64,000 bases of DNA from Octopus vulgaris (taxonomy: Eukaryota), in NCBI GenBank assembly GCA_951406725.2, contig OX597816.1, positions 52,018,001 through 52,082,000 of the forward strand. Direction: 5' to 3'. The notes below the pieces were generated by a model. That model was not told the origin of the DNA. It was given only the letters and a program-made list of their open reading frames with translations, and did no database searches. Both the position numbers and the translations under genes were made by a program. Below are positions 1 through 14,263 of the stretch, one piece after another (positions within the stretch are counted from its first letter, which is position 1; each line of letters begins with the position of its first letter).

Positions 1-31
<31 letters not shown>

Positions 32-174
32 CATATATATATGTATGTATGTATATAAATGTGTGTATAGATATGTTTATAGAGAAAACAACAAAAGTGG
101 ACAGGCAAGTAGATAGTCATGGTGACATAAGTGACTCGCAATTAGGTGTTTTATATATATATATTCTTTTATTC

Positions 175-392
175 TTTTATTCTTTTAAATGTTCCTGCCA
201 TTTGACTGCAGCCATGCTGGAGCACCACCTTGAAGGATTTCAGTCGAACAAATTGAATCCAGGACTAAGTGTTTATTCTATCGGTCACTATTGCCGAACA
301 GCTACGTTACGGAAACGTAAACATGTCAGGTGGTGATAAAGGAGGACAAACACAAACACAAATGCACACTCAGACACAGATACACACACACA

Positions 393-450
<58 letters not shown>

Positions 451-612
451 CACACACACGCACACACGACGTGCTTCTTTCAGCTTCTGTCTACCAAATC
501 GACTTACAAGTCTCAGGTTGGTCTGATGGTATAGTAAAAGACTATGGTACAAAACCATGAGATTGAAACTATAACCATGAGCTTGGGAAGCAAGCTTCTT
601 ACCACACAGCCA
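175..612 (-). mobile_element. tRNA-derived SINE, family A (degenerate copy, internal CA/TA microsatellite)
   Basis: Colinear with the copy at 4297-4730: tttgactgcagccatgctggagcacc ... cttctttcagcttc ... ggaagcaagcttcttaccacacagccac. Confidence 0.8.
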
Positions 613-613
613 C

Positions 614-737
614 GCCGATAGAATAAGTACTATGCTTACAAAGAATAAGTCCTGGGGTAGATTTGGTCGACTCAAGGCGGTGCTCCAGCATGGCCACAGT
701 CAAATAACTGAAACAAGTGTAAGAGTAAAAGAGTAAG
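614..737 (+). mobile_element. SINE family A 3' tail fragment, opposite orientation to the adjacent copy
   Basis: gatagaataagtact...aaggcggtgctccagcatggccacagtcaaataactgaaacaag...aagagtaaaagagtaa is the reverse complement of the tail at 4297-4415. Confidence 0.8.
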
Positions 738-2168
738 AGGGTTGAGCAAAATGCACATCTGCTAGTTTTGGCATCAGACTAAGATGCAGATCTAAAATCT
801 GCATGATTCAATATGTCCTTTAGGTTTTGTAAAACCAGTATGACGTAATTTGAGGAAGGTATTTGCTATTATTTTTATCTAACTTTCAGTGACATATGCT
901 TTGTGTATTTATCATGGCATACTTTGTAACTCACCATCCATCACACTATCTGTAATCAGATACAGCGTCCGTATCAAATAACATTACAGACCGAGACACA
1001 TTGATGAACTTTTGTCTGAGATTTAATATTCTAAGGTGATCTGATACCTTTCTTGTTACACTTGATATAATGTAGAATAAAGAACTCTGCTTTTAAACAG
1101 CACAAACCACCTACGCATTGACTTAGACGATAGACACTTTAGAAAGTAATCCAATTCTCTCTCCAACCAATTATGTTAATTATGTATATGGAAGCATATT
1201 TTGTTTCTCTCTATATTTTAGTTTAAAAGAAGTGTGGAGAGCTTATTTGTCTGGAGAGTGAAATTTGTTACTTCATATCAAATATAATGAAGTCAATTAA
1301 ATGCTTAATTCGCTAGATTCCATATAATTTATAGATAAGTTTTTTTGGTTTTGCTTTGTTTGTGTATGTGTGCGCCGTTGCAGTGTGTAATAAAACGTCT
1401 GCAATAATCTTCAATATATTTTCTCTAGCAAAATTAATAAACCTAATTGGCACATGATGAAAGTTACTGTACATGTGTCGCCACTATTATACTATCAGTA
1501 GAGACCAGTTATTCATGGATTACATATAACCTGCGATCTTGTCTACAGCATTAACAAATCTGATGATAATTAACTATATCAAGTAAACGATATTTTGGAT
1601 ACTACTCCAAAATTTTCTCTAGAGTATTTCGCTCTAACGTTACATCACGGCAACTGTATGACTGTACATGTCATATTATTAACTAAGTTTCTGTATGTTA
1701 TAACATAGCCGCAGATGTGTGTGTGTGGGTGTATGTGTGTGCGTGTGTGTGTAAGTATGTATGCATGTGTGTCTGTGTGTATTTGTAAGTCGCATTGCGT
1801 TGGAAACAAACATCTGTGTGATATAGTTAATATCTAGATTTTTTTTTATTGTTTTCTATTTTTGGAATATTTCAGAGGCATTTGCTGCTTTGTTATTTCG
1901 AGAAACGAAATATCAGATTTCAAGGCTATGTTATATTGAATGCATATAACAGTATATTTTTATTTTTATTAGTGTTTTGGGTCCTAAATTACATGGGCAA
2001 TTAATCTCTGAGGAATATGTATCATATGTTATTACTAATTACTAAAGTCATTGTTATATTTTTATATTGGAAAACTTTGATTTTATAACATATATACTAT
2101 TCTCTTCATTAAACTGATTGAGAATTATTCCTGAGTTTATGATATTTCTAATTGAGATGTATGTAGTA

Positions 2169-2651
2169 CCGTAAATCCTCGAGTATAAACCGCATTTTCC
2201 CCCCAAATTTTAAAGGTCAAAGTCCCTAGTTCGTACTATATACGAGGTTAAAAATGAAAATTATTTTCTAAGAAATGTCCGAGTCTCTATTTCCTGTCCG
2301 GCAATGTTTATTCAGACGCATTTTGTGATTAAGCTAAGCCTGAGAGCAATAAAATCATAAAAGAATCATCCATAACTTGCAGTAAGCAACATTTATTAAT
2401 CGTTATTACTGTTATTACTGTTATTTCTTTATTTTCTGCAAACAAAATGCACAAAAAAGCTACACGTTTGCATTATGTTATATATACAATAATAATAAAT
2501 GACGTTACCGTATACAATTTTACAAACCAAGGGCGTTATATAGACCTCCTTGACTGAAGTTAGAGAAAGGTTTAGGTTTTTCAGATTTACAGCCCCCTAA
2601 AAATTCCCTGCGTATTATAATCAAAGGCGGACTATACTCGAGGATTTACGG
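2169..2651. mobile_element. Non-autonomous Tc1/mariner-superfamily MITE (Tc2-like CCGTA ends)
   Basis: Terminal inverted repeats CCGTAAATCCTCGAGTATA..CCGC and GCGG..TATACTCGAGGATTTACGG; TA duplicated at 2167-2168 and 2652-2653; no ORF. Confidence 0.9.
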
Positions 2652-3341
2652 TATTTCTTCTATCCCTGGCAGTTAACTCTGATTGTTAGCATATATCGTG
2701 AAAGAAACGAAATTTGGTGTTTAGGCCCGTTTCGATACCGATGAAGCAAGTTTACTATCGAAAGACATATGTTTCAGACGATGGAGGAGATTTGCCTATT
2801 TCTTTTTTAGCAAATACAGACTTGATAAGTGCATTGCCATTGTTTCAGTTTCCGGTTTTCTAAATTGCAGTGATTAAGATATATCCACGATTATTTTTAT
2901 GCATTAGCCACATATAGTTATTCTTCAGGCTGTGTGCAGTAAATGTATAATATAACAATGTTTCAAGTTTAAAAATATTACTTGCTATAAAAAAATTTCA
3001 ATAGATATTGTTATGATAACAACACATTTTCCTACTAGCAAGAAAGCGATTTTAATATTTGCCAAACAGAAATCATCACTATATGATGATAATCATATAA
3101 TAAACGTTACCCTATGTGATTAGTTTGATGCGGGGCTGTTCATAAATGGCTCCAGTGCATCGTCTGCACTTTATAACTGATATAAAATTATCTCCATCAC
3201 AAAGGAAGCAAGTGAATTCTACAACGCAACAGCAATGCAGTATAAGGCTTACATGAACGTTGTTCAAATTGAATACTACGAAATAATTTGCAACAAAACT
3301 ATAAACGTCCTTTTGTCTTTTAAGTTAACGTTGCTTCACTT

Positions 3342-3377
<36 letters not shown>

Positions 3378-3662
3378 TACTTTTAGAAAACTCATAAGTG
3401 TGACACGTGACGCGTGACGCGTGACGCCTGATATGTTTTTCTTGCACACGTTTGTGACATCAACCGTGTGGAAACGAAGTTTTAATCAAATTCTATTGGC
3501 TTTGAGTAAGATATTTTTAAATAGAATTCTCAAAATATTTACCTTATGATATTACAAATAAGTCATGTATAATGAAAGATATTATATACAGTTTGATTAT
3601 TTCTTTCCTTCAAAAGCAAATATTGTTTTAACCTGATAAAATAAGTGCTCTCTTCTCTCATT

Positions 3663-3693
<31 letters not shown>

Positions 3694-3790
3694 TCTCACT
3701 CTTTCTCTCTCTTTCTCTCTCTCATCTTTGTATCGCTTTCTCGCTTTCTCTCGATATATATGTATATCTGTATTTATATATGTATGTGTG

Positions 3791-3880
<90 letters not shown>

Positions 3881-4296
3881 TGTCTTTATCTATGTATGTG
3901 AGTATGTATGTATGCAAATACATGCATATCCAACAATATCGTTTTAACTGCGATTCTCGTTGAAAGCATTGCATTCACCATAAATAGAGGTAGTATGCAC
4001 ATTTAAACATCGAACATAAATCAAATCCCCGTCTAAACTACAGCTTGAGCAACAACAATCCCTATGGTCCTGTCGTACTTAAGAAATACAATGGTGCATC
4101 GACCTAACAAGTCTTTGTCACGTGTAAGCCTGAAGAATTACATTAGTCTCAGAAAAGCACATTCAGAAGTAAACTTAGTAATCACACCCAATTTTTCAAA
4201 TCACTAGATGAAGGAAACTCAAGTACCCATCCCAGCATTTCTGGAATTTGAAATAAAAGGAATCAATAATATTTCCACATCTTTACATTTAGGGTT

Positions 4297-4524
4297 ACTT
4301 TTTTACTCTTTTACTTGTTTCAGTCATTTGACTGCGGCCATGCTGTAGCACCGCCTTTAGTCGAGCAAATCGACCCCAAGACTTATTCTTTGTAAGCCTA
4401 GTACTTATTCTATTGGCCTCTTTTTGCCTAGCCGCTAAGTTACGGGGACGTAAACACACCAGCATCGGTTGTCAAGCGATGTTGCGGGGGACAAACACAG
4501 ACACACAAACACACACACACACAT

Positions 4525-4569
<45 letters not shown>

Positions 4570-4730
4570 ACGAGCTTCTTTCAGTTTCCGTCTACCAAAT
4601 CCATTCACAAGACTTTGGTCGGCCCGAGGCTATAGTAGAAGCCACTTGCCCAAGTTGTCACGCAGTGTGGCTGAACCCGGAACCATGTGGTTGGTAAGAA
4701 AGCTACTTACCACACAGCCACTCCTGCGCC
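4297..4730 (-). mobile_element. tRNA-derived SINE, family A, full length (probably one of the octopus OK/OR-type SINEs)
   Basis: Minus-strand head GGCGCAGGAGTGGCTGTGTGGTAAG (A box)...GGTTCCGGGTTCAG (B-box-like), CORE-like CTTGGGCAAGT, internal (TA)n/(TG)n, tail ending in AAAAGAGT-type repeats. Confidence 0.85.
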
Positions 4731-5351
4731 TATTGCAATAATATATATAAAAGATTTAAAAATGTCTTTAGCATTGAACAAAATATTAGAGTTCATGTCG
4801 AGGTACAGGTCAGGAAGTATGCATCCTTGAGGAAATTCCGGAAGCAAATACAATGAACTGGGATGCTAAGCGTTAGGCAGCCCATATGTAGTATTATTCT
4901 ACTCAGCTTTCAAGATGTTCATCTGCGATCCAGGTTTATTAGACGTTCAATATAACATTGATAACATGATTATAGTAGTAATCTATCGAAGTAATCTCAA
5001 TTAAATTCTATGCTAATTAGTTATGATGTGCCGGCTTCAAAGGACCGAATTTTTTACGTCTTAGTCCAGCAACAGAAGCTGTAATGAGTACGTTATGTCA
5101 TACCATTCCATCTCACATTGAAGTAAATTATTCCGACACTACGAGGCTTGGCTGTGAGTTTGAGTTTTCTATACTGCTGCGAAACGATAATGTAAACTCC
5201 GAGCTATGACGGAGAAACCCATCTTAGTTTCCAATAAATGATTAAACACAATGACTAGTACTGAGTAGATTCGTCTCTCGTTTCTTTAACCAAATCGACA
5301 ATATTAGTTTGTATAAATTGTATAAGTTTGTATTTCTATCTTTGTATGTGT

Positions 5352-5443
<92 letters not shown>

Positions 5444-5606
5444 CTGCGTGTCTGTGTTAATTAAAGAAATCCTAACAGATTTTCATGTTTAATTTTTGTA
5501 TGTTTTACAATTTTACAAACGTGAAACTCAGAATATGTTGAAATTTCATTGACTAATATATCTATATAATCATACATACATGCGTACATACATGCATAGA
5601 CGCGTA

Positions 5607-5657
<51 letters not shown>

Positions 5658-5839
5658 AGTGTGTGTGTATATATATATATACACATCATATATATATATA
5701 CATCATATATATTTATATATATAAATATATGCATCATATATATATATATATATATACATATGCATACACACATGTATATGTATATATAAACACACACATG
5801 CATATGCATATGTAAGCTTTATGTAATGAAGGTATTATT

Positions 5840-5923
5840 GGTCTGATGAGTAGCTTGCGGTCTAATCCTCCTTTGGATAATATCTACTTCTGAGATTCCG
5901 CTATCTATGAAACATGTGTAGCC
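5840..5923 (+). ncRNA. Type I hammerhead ribozyme motif with long stem II (Penelope-like element remnant)
   Basis: ggt-CTGATGA(5843-5849)-GTAG..GCGG...CCGC..CTAT-GAAA(5909-5912)-C-atgt-G-TA-gcc; stem I ggt/gcc; lies between TA-rich microsatellites. Confidence 0.7.
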
Positions 5924-5954
5924 TGAATTTTATCCACACCATTCCCTAATTTTG

Positions 5955-6004
<50 letters not shown>

Positions 6005-6140
6005 TATGTATATCGTTACTATTATGTTAAACTACAGTATGTCCAAATTTGGCCAACGGTTTTCTATGGAATTGTGAAACTATTTTTTCGTTTTCTGAAA
6101 AGCAAACTTTTATACTTACGACACTTTTGCATAATAGCAA

Positions 6141-6282
<142 letters not shown>

Positions 6283-6449
6283 TGATGGAGATATATGTAG
6301 ATATAGTAATAATTAAGTATTTTGGGGATGGGGAGTGCTGCATACATAATCATCCCATGGGATTACTATGAAAGACAGGAATAACAAGCGGTAACTAGCA
6401 ATAAGTAGTATAGGAGCTTTTACAAGACCACTTGGAGTCATATATATAT

Positions 6450-6655
6450 ATGATAGATCGGTAGCCACTACACACGTTTATTTTTCTCTCCTGTTTTTTC
6501 TCTCCTTGTTTCTTTCAGTGTTCCTTTCTGTGGAAGAGCGTAGGCTCGAAACGTAAAAGACTTTTTTCAATTCACGAACGTTATACTAATATATCTGTTC
6601 GTTTTCTACACCACCTGTCTTCGTCTTTTGTTGGGTTTTTTCGTGAAATCTCCCC
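6450..6655 (+). mobile_element. Short Penelope-like (pLTR-type) element, family X, with minimal HHR variant at 6524-6559
   Basis: cttt-CTGTGGA-A-GAGC gtag GCTC-GAAA-CG-TA-aaag; homologous copy at 12303-12510 on the minus strand; TA-repeat flanks. Confidence 0.7.
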
Positions 6656-6680
6656 CCCCCCCCCCTATATATATATATAT

Positions 6681-6908
6681 GAAACGATCGTAGTGTTATA
6701 CTCATTATCTTTTTTTAATAATTTTGATATATATTTAAAATAATATAAATTAATTAATCTTATGTATTGGCTTAAGTTTTTCATTGTATGATTTGCCTAA
6801 TAGTGGTTTTATCTCTAATTTAATATAATATAATATTTTACTATAAAATTGGATTCAATCCTAAATCTGATTTTTTCCCTGTAAGTTTGGATTTATTCCC
6901 TAATATTT

Positions 6909-6912
<4 letters not shown>
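6681..6912 (+). mobile_element. Short AT-rich Penelope-like element, family Y, 5'-truncated at the HHR GAAA
   Basis: Begins GAAAC-gatc-GTA immediately after (TA)n; 3' part aatcctaaatctgattttttccctgtaagtttggattt matches the reverse complement of 12510-12560. Confidence 0.6.
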
Positions 6913-6970
<58 letters not shown>

Positions 6971-7539
6971 GGATATATATATAATATATATATGAAATAG
7001 ATATATATATATATATAGATAGATTATATATACATATATACCTATGCATACGTGTGTGTGTGCGTGTGTATTGTAACAGCCCATTATCGTTGCGTTCACG
7101 CCACTCAAGTAATTATCCCTCAAACTCTAATAAATTGAATAGCATCTTTCAACGGTTACAAGAACTTCTCCATTCATTTTCACTTCCTACATCGTTTTAC
7201 TCTTCAATTGACAATGCTAATTTTCTCTTCTAGTCGTCGCCTTTCGAGACAAATCTGTCTCTGCGACCAAGCAACCATTACTAACCAAATACCGAAGCTT
7301 TCTATAGAAAATATAATTAGTTTGTTTGGAATAGATCATTCTTATTTTTATCTAATTTCCCACATTTTGTTCTTTTTTTAGTTAACATAAATAATTTTTT
7401 TTAAATGCATATTAACAACACTTTTGGGTTTTTTTATCTATTGGGCTTGCTTGTAATTAATTTATATTTACTATTGTTATTATTATTTATATTATCAGAA
7501 ATCCTTTATTATTACTTAACTTTTATTATCAGTATTTAT

Positions 7540-7599
7540 TATTATTATTATTGTTATTGTTCTTTTTATTTTTATTTTTATTAGTAGTAGTAGTAGTTA

Positions 7600-7659
<60 letters not shown>

Positions 7660-7975
7660 CAGCAGTTGTTATTATTATTATTATTTTTTATTGTCATCAT
7701 CATTATTATTATTATCATCATCATCATGAACATCGTATTTAATATCGCCTTACTTATCCTCAACGTCAACACCATCAGCATTATTATGTTCCTCGTCGTT
7801 GCCGTCATCCTCATGGTCATCCTCATCATTATTATTATTATCGCCATCAACATCCTCCTCCTCCTCCTTCACTCCATCATCATTAACATCATCATCATCA
7901 TCATCATCATCATCGTCGTCGTCGTCGTAGTCATCATCATCATTATGGCATTTGTTGTTGATGTTGTTGTTGTTT
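7540..7975. repeat. Compound trinucleotide microsatellite (TTA/TAG/CAT/CTC/GTC/GTT)
   Basis: Directly visible runs; explains the poly-V/I/D ORFs. Confidence 0.95.
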
Positions 7976-9438
7976 CGTAACGATTGCTTTCTCCAAGTAA
8001 CCAATCGATGACATTTTATCGTTTTGCTTCGTTTAACATTGAAGTTTTCTCTTTGAAACTTTTAGATTAATATTGTAATAAACCATTGTATTCAGTGTGT
8101 ATTTGAGAATCTTAACGTTGTTGCAGTTTTTCTATACTTTTTTTTCCATACTGCCAAGAAAACAGTGAAAACAGCAGCAACATAAACAACCAGTTGACCA
8201 ATTCAAACTACATGAATGTTTTGTATTATAAGATTTTGCTTTATTTCGATAATAATTCTGCCAGAATCCCACTTTTTATTTTGTTATTTAGTTATTATTG
8301 TCTAGAACAATATTTTAGAAGTCACAGCTATATCAATATAAGTCAATTTGCTTAAGAATATTCTTGGAAGAATGATGCTAAAATATATTGACTGGATAAG
8401 CAAAAAATAATGTTTTCAGCTTCCTTGGCATTGAATTGAAAATATTTGGAAAGATAGAGAAAGCTAATATAATTCTTGCTATGATATAATTAATTTCATT
8501 TTATTTTGAATTATATATACACACACATACTTACAGATTACATAGAAAACTAAATATATGTTTGTACGCGTGTGTCTCTGTCTGTGTTTGTGTGTTCAAT
8601 TATGCATGTGTCTATATGTATGTGCAGTGACTTGTATTCATGTGTGCGCATCTTTATAAAATATCACGTATAGAGCAACAGCTATCGACCCTGTGCCATA
8701 GTTTATGCTCCATGCTAATGGTTTATCGTCCATTCTCTACAGAAAATAAATTAAGAATAAAATAAATTTTATTCTCTGATAATAACAAAGATGATGCTGC
8801 AAGGTCGCAAGCGAAAGTAACAGGCTGCGACCTCTGTGCAAAAGGCTATGATGATATAAAAATATATAAAATATATAAAATAAATTTCAAAACTCTAACC
8901 ATGGACTGAATTACGTTAGCCGATGATATTTTTATGAGAGCGCAAAAAAGAAATGCTACTTAAAGAATACCACAAATAAAATAACCACCACAAACAGAAA
9001 AGCCACCACGAGCCAACGTTCAAGTCAGCACGTTATTTTCCAATCTGACATAACTGGCAAGCAAATTTCACACAGCTGTCGGCCTATTAAAGTAAGAAAG
9101 AACGTCATACTATAATCGTTGTTACACTATGTGAAGCGAAAGACAAAAGCATGTCTCCTCATAGAGCCGAACAATCACGGTTAACTTGCATCTGAATAGT
9201 AATTTCATGAAAGCTAGCAAAGGAAGACTCGATTCATCTCTCGTTTACTACTAGAATCAAATATATCTGCTGTTAGGGAAGGCGGGGAAGAGCATGATTT
9301 CAGCGGGATCTATATTCTTTGACTTACACACAAATATATGTTGTCGCCAAATGTATGGCATTTCGAAGCAGCATGTCATGGTTTATGGATGAAATCAGTG
9401 CTTTATGGACCAGAAGAAATAGATATATATTCATGGCT

Positions 9439-9475
<37 letters not shown>

Positions 9476-9478
<3 letters not shown>

Positions 9479-9834
9479 CTCATTTACTTGTTTCAGTCAT
9501 TTGACTGCGGCCATGCTGGAGCACCGCCTTTAGTCGAGCAAATCGACCCTAGAACTTATTCTTTTGTAAGCCTAGTACTTATTTTATCTGATCTTTTTGC
9601 CGAACCGCTAAGTTACGGGGACGTAAACACACCAGCATCGGTTGGCAAGCAATGTTGGAGGGACAAACACAGACACAAACACACACATACACACATATAT
9701 ACATATACATATATACGACAGGCTTCTTTCAACAAGGATTTGGTTGGCCAGAGGCTATAGTAGAAGACACATGCCCAAAGTGAACCCGGAACCATGTGGT
9801 TGGTAAACAAGCTACTTACCACACAGCCACTCCT
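9476..9834 (-). mobile_element. SINE family A (internal deletions)
   Basis: Near-identical to 4297-4730 in tail and head. Confidence 0.85.
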
Positions 9835-11198
9835 CAGAATAGTGAATCTCGAAGCACAGGTAGTGCTATAAATGGAAATTTTATACGTGCTTGTCGAACC
9901 ACTATTCCGAAAGAGAATTATTTTGCGTTCTCTCGAAAGTTTATAAAAAATATATTATGAGGTCAATAATGTGTATGTATATGCGCGCGCGCCCGCATGT
10001 GTGTGTGTGTGTGTGTGTGCGCGTGTGTGTGTGTGCGTGCGTGTGTGCGTGTGTGTGTGTGTGTGCGTGTGTGTGTGTGTGCGTGTGTGTGTGTGTGTGT
10101 GTACTCTTCCCTTAGGGCTTGAGATTAGTGTTCCGTCTTTAATGCTTGGAGTTTTAACAGTTTTCATATCAAATCTCGTCAAAGTAAACAAATCTGTACT
10201 CCAGCATCCATGAATCGATAAAAAGTATTTCTTATAAAAGTAACACTAATTATGCCATTGTAAGCTGCAGAAATTTTCGAGCTCGGCACGAATCTTTCAC
10301 CAGTTAGGTATGCTGCTTTCGTTCTAAGCTCCAATTCCCATAAGATGATCCTCAGTCTTTGGGTTTTGCGAAATATATTTATAAATCAAGTCCGGAGGAA
10401 GTACACACCATATTGTATGGCCTATTGCCAAAGATAGTAATCAATAATATATTGTAGTTTTGTTGCAGACAAATATTCATGGGATAAAAAGACTATAACG
10501 CCTAACACTTGATAAAAACAAACCTATAAGCAGCTACTATCTATGATACTATGAGAGATGAGGCAGAAAATTTGTGTTGGAGCACAAATATAACTTAGTG
10601 ATTGGAAAGGAGCTAAGTTCCAGTTAAGATCGAATGTATGCATGAGCCTTAAAAGTTATCTTTATTATTCTATGTCGATGGATTCTTAGCCTCTAGTCAA
10701 CCCTAATGTAGCAGAGCTATGATCAAAGGAATTCCAGATATAATCATACCACATATTTATATCTAGGATTAAATTTTCCGATAAGTCGATCCATTGTTTA
10801 AGTTTATTTGGGTGTGATTTTAGAGAGATTTTGCTACTATTTTTAAACATTGACGAATTCCACTGAAATCTATTCTTTGGTTTGCAAAGTTTAATATATT
10901 TTACTTCCTTTTATATTTCCTTCTTGTGTGCGTGGTAAAGGAAAATAATAATGTCGTAGACAGACATTCGTAAGACAAGGAGAAATATTACTATGTGACA
11001 CAAATAAATTTCGTCCGTGTTGCTTTCATCATTTCTCTCTTTCTCCTCTCGAAGTCACTTCGACGTGGCTGTTCCGATCGAGTGGAATTTACAACTATTT
11101 GTTTTAACTCAAATCTCCTCTAGCTGATTAACGACGCACAGCTGCATCCGATATATTGCGAGCAGGGGAACGAATCCCTACCATTTCTAGCCATGGGA

Positions 11199-11248
11199 CC
11201 AGCATACCAGTTTTGTTTCGGGGTATTTCTGACTCTCTTCAGTACTGG
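11199..11248 (-). ncRNA. Degenerate type I hammerhead ribozyme motif
   Basis: Minus strand: ccagta-CTGAAGA-gagtcagaaatacccc-GAAA-caaaactgg-TA-tgctgg; 6-bp stem I including one G-U; mismatches in stems II and III. Confidence 0.6.
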
Positions 11249-11291
11249 ACACCACGTCTGCTAAAGATGGCAGGAGCTCTCAATACATACA

Positions 11292-11340
<49 letters not shown>

Positions 11341-11680
11341 TCATATATATATATATATATATATATAGATATATATATATATATATATACACACACATTA
11401 TGACAGTTATATACAGTCACACACACAGGCACTCATTCATAAAAGAAATCAATTAAACCCACCATTCTTTTTGACCTGCACCCTCTAACGTCACTATTCT
11501 TATGCCTCCGTCCTCCTACTTCGTTTGAACCCTTGAACCTTTAGATCCTTCTAGATTCTTCTACATTCAGCCACTCTGACGTCACTTCTTATAAACAGAC
11601 ACTCATTATCGCCATGGGCTCATTGAGAGCAGTCAGCTAAAGGTTTTTTGTGCATTTGATGTCGACATAAGTTCCTTGCC

Positions 11681-11761
11681 TTTCCTGATGAGAAATCTGC
11701 ATAATGTACTCCTTATTGCTTCGGAATTAGGAATATGCAGCCTTCGAAACATATGTCGAAA
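11681..11761 (+). ncRNA. Type I hammerhead ribozyme, canonical core, GUC cleavage triplet
   Basis: tttc-CTGATGA(11685-11691)-GAA..CTGCATA...TATGCAG..TTC-GAAA(11746-11749)-C-atat-G-TC(11757)-gaaa; the element runs on to (TA)n at about 11822. Confidence 0.85.
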
Positions 11762-11815
11762 ATAAAGGAAATTTGTTAACAAGTCGTTCAACTCCATTCT
11801 TCCATAAACTTATAT

Positions 11816-11875
<60 letters not shown>

Positions 11876-11878
<3 letters not shown>

Positions 11879-12145
11879 GCAGGTTGAAAAGAACACACGA
11901 GTTGATATATAAGGAAACAAAGTCAAGGTAGAAAATGCTAATATAATTTTATAAAAAACATTTCAGTACCGGTTTCAGTCATTGAGATTTTTTCAATTGT
12001 AACTATGCAAAACAATTAAATTTTGGAAAAATCAAAAGAAAAGTTTTTAAAAGTATGTTTGCATAGTATTTAAATACAAGGGGCATTTTCCTTATTTCTG
12101 CCTGTCTCTGTCTCTCTTGTTTATTCCATATTTACTAAGGTAACT
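11876..12145 (-). mobile_element. Short Penelope-like element with U3-A8-type HHR variant at 11964-11999
   Basis: Minus strand: caa-TTGAAAA-aatc tcaat gact-GAAA-CCGG-TA-ctg; bounded on both sides by (TA)n. Confidence 0.55.
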
Positions 12146-12166
12146 ATATATGTATACATATATATT

Positions 12167-12509
<343 letters not shown>

Positions 12510-12510
<1 letters not shown>

Positions 12511-12780
12511 AGTAAATCCAAACTTGCAGGGAAAAATTAGATTTAGGATTAAATCTAATTTCACAGTATAAATATAAATTAAATTAGAGATAAAACCACT
12601 ATTAGGCAAATCAAACAGGGAAAAACATAAAAATTATATAAAATATAAAATTTAATTTTAAAATTAATAATTTATATTTAAAATTAAGTTTTTTTAATAT
12701 ATATAACTATCAAAAAGTATTAAAAAGTTTAATATAAGATAAAAATTAAAACCACTACGTACGTTTCATGCCCATAACCC
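12510..12780 (-). mobile_element. Penelope-like family Y copy fused directly to family X
   Basis: Reverse complement of 6681-6912; minus strand begins gggttatgggcat-GAAAC-gtac-GTA-gtgg. Confidence 0.6.
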
Positions 12781-13864
12781 AATTTATATATATATATATA
12801 TGCATGTATGTATATAAGAGAGAGGGGAGAGTATTTTATGATTTTCATATTTAATAATATCGGCCCCTGACATGATTTTTGTATGTACACTCAGTGATCT
12901 TCATAATCAATGAAACCATTAACAAAAAGTGATACAAAAATAGTATAAATCCTTACCAAGCGCGCCCGTTCTTAGCACTATAAAGGCACATACGGAGCTG
13001 TAAACTATTATTTATATGACAAGCATTTTAACGAGTACTTACAAATATAACATTATGCGTTTGTGCATGTACATATATTTATATATATATCGACATGTGT
13101 GTCTCAATGTGGAAAAAGAACATTTATCTATCTATCGTGTTATCTGTTTCCATTTCGTAGTGATATCGTTAACATTCTTGCAGGATCTGCACATATTACC
13201 AGTGTAGCTTGTAATACACTTTTCGTTGGAAGAATACCTTAAAAGGCATTAGATAACAGCTATTATCATAGACATCTACCAAATCATCGATCCAACACGA
13301 AATCCTCAAAGGAACCTGAAGGCATTTGATATCTATTACATCGTGAATTTGTACTCGATAATAGTCAGTTTCATTTAAAATTTGATGAATCATAATCTCC
13401 AAGTGATGAGTCAACTTTGATCTCTAGAAATACATCACCGTTATCATCGTTTTCATATCTGATTTTAAACAAAACCAAATGAACTACTCATAAACCCAAA
13501 AGCTTACACATGGATTCACGAACAACTACACACACAAACAACTACACTCACTATGCACACACACACACACACACAGCACATAAATGAACACAATCTGAAA
13601 TACCGGGATCGAAATAACAGGTTAACATCCTTCAAAATAATGCCCTAGCATGACCGGAGCAACCTCAAATTTAAAATTCTTTCGGGAATAAGCATGACGC
13701 AATTTGTGAGTTCGCATCAATTTAGGCGAAGATATAAATTTCAGTAACGATTAATACATTGTTATAGGCTGGTGTTCCTTATTACTAATGTCTTCTTCCA
13801 ATCAAGACTCACACCATTAGCCACAAAGAATAATCTCTAATTCGAGCCTACTCTAAGCTACTAA

Positions 13865-14126
13865 GAATGCGTGTGGCAACTTGAAGATCCACCCACCACA
13901 CGGCTAGAGTGGCCGCTGCACGGGCGCGAAAGCTACGATGTTATCCTCATTCCGTAACCGGTGGCTTTTAACGGGTGCAGAGCTGAACCATCCTGGGGTA
14001 CAGAAGATTCGCAATCTAGACTAGGGTCTGAAAGTTTACCACACCATAGTGGGTTACACCATGGTTCCTCTGCTTTGTGGCAGAAGCAGGAAGAAAGAGT
14101 GAGAGAAAGTTGTGGTGAAAGGGTAC
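13865..14126 (-). mobile_element. SINE family C, 5'-truncated, alternative 3' tail
   Basis: Minus strand starts gtaccctttcaccacaactttctctcactctttctt (shared with 14416-14452) and continues into an unrelated tail. Confidence 0.65.
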
Positions 14127-14219
14127 ATATATATACATATGTATATATATTTATACATATATGTGTATCTATATATATACATACACACATACATATATGT
14201 AAATATAGATATATATGTG

Positions 14220-14262
<43 letters not shown>

Positions 14263-14263
<1 letters not shown>

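Noticed and set aside
3400-3432. Short CGTGACG heptamer tandem repeat
   Set aside because: Only about four units; consistent with simple slippage and no further structure.
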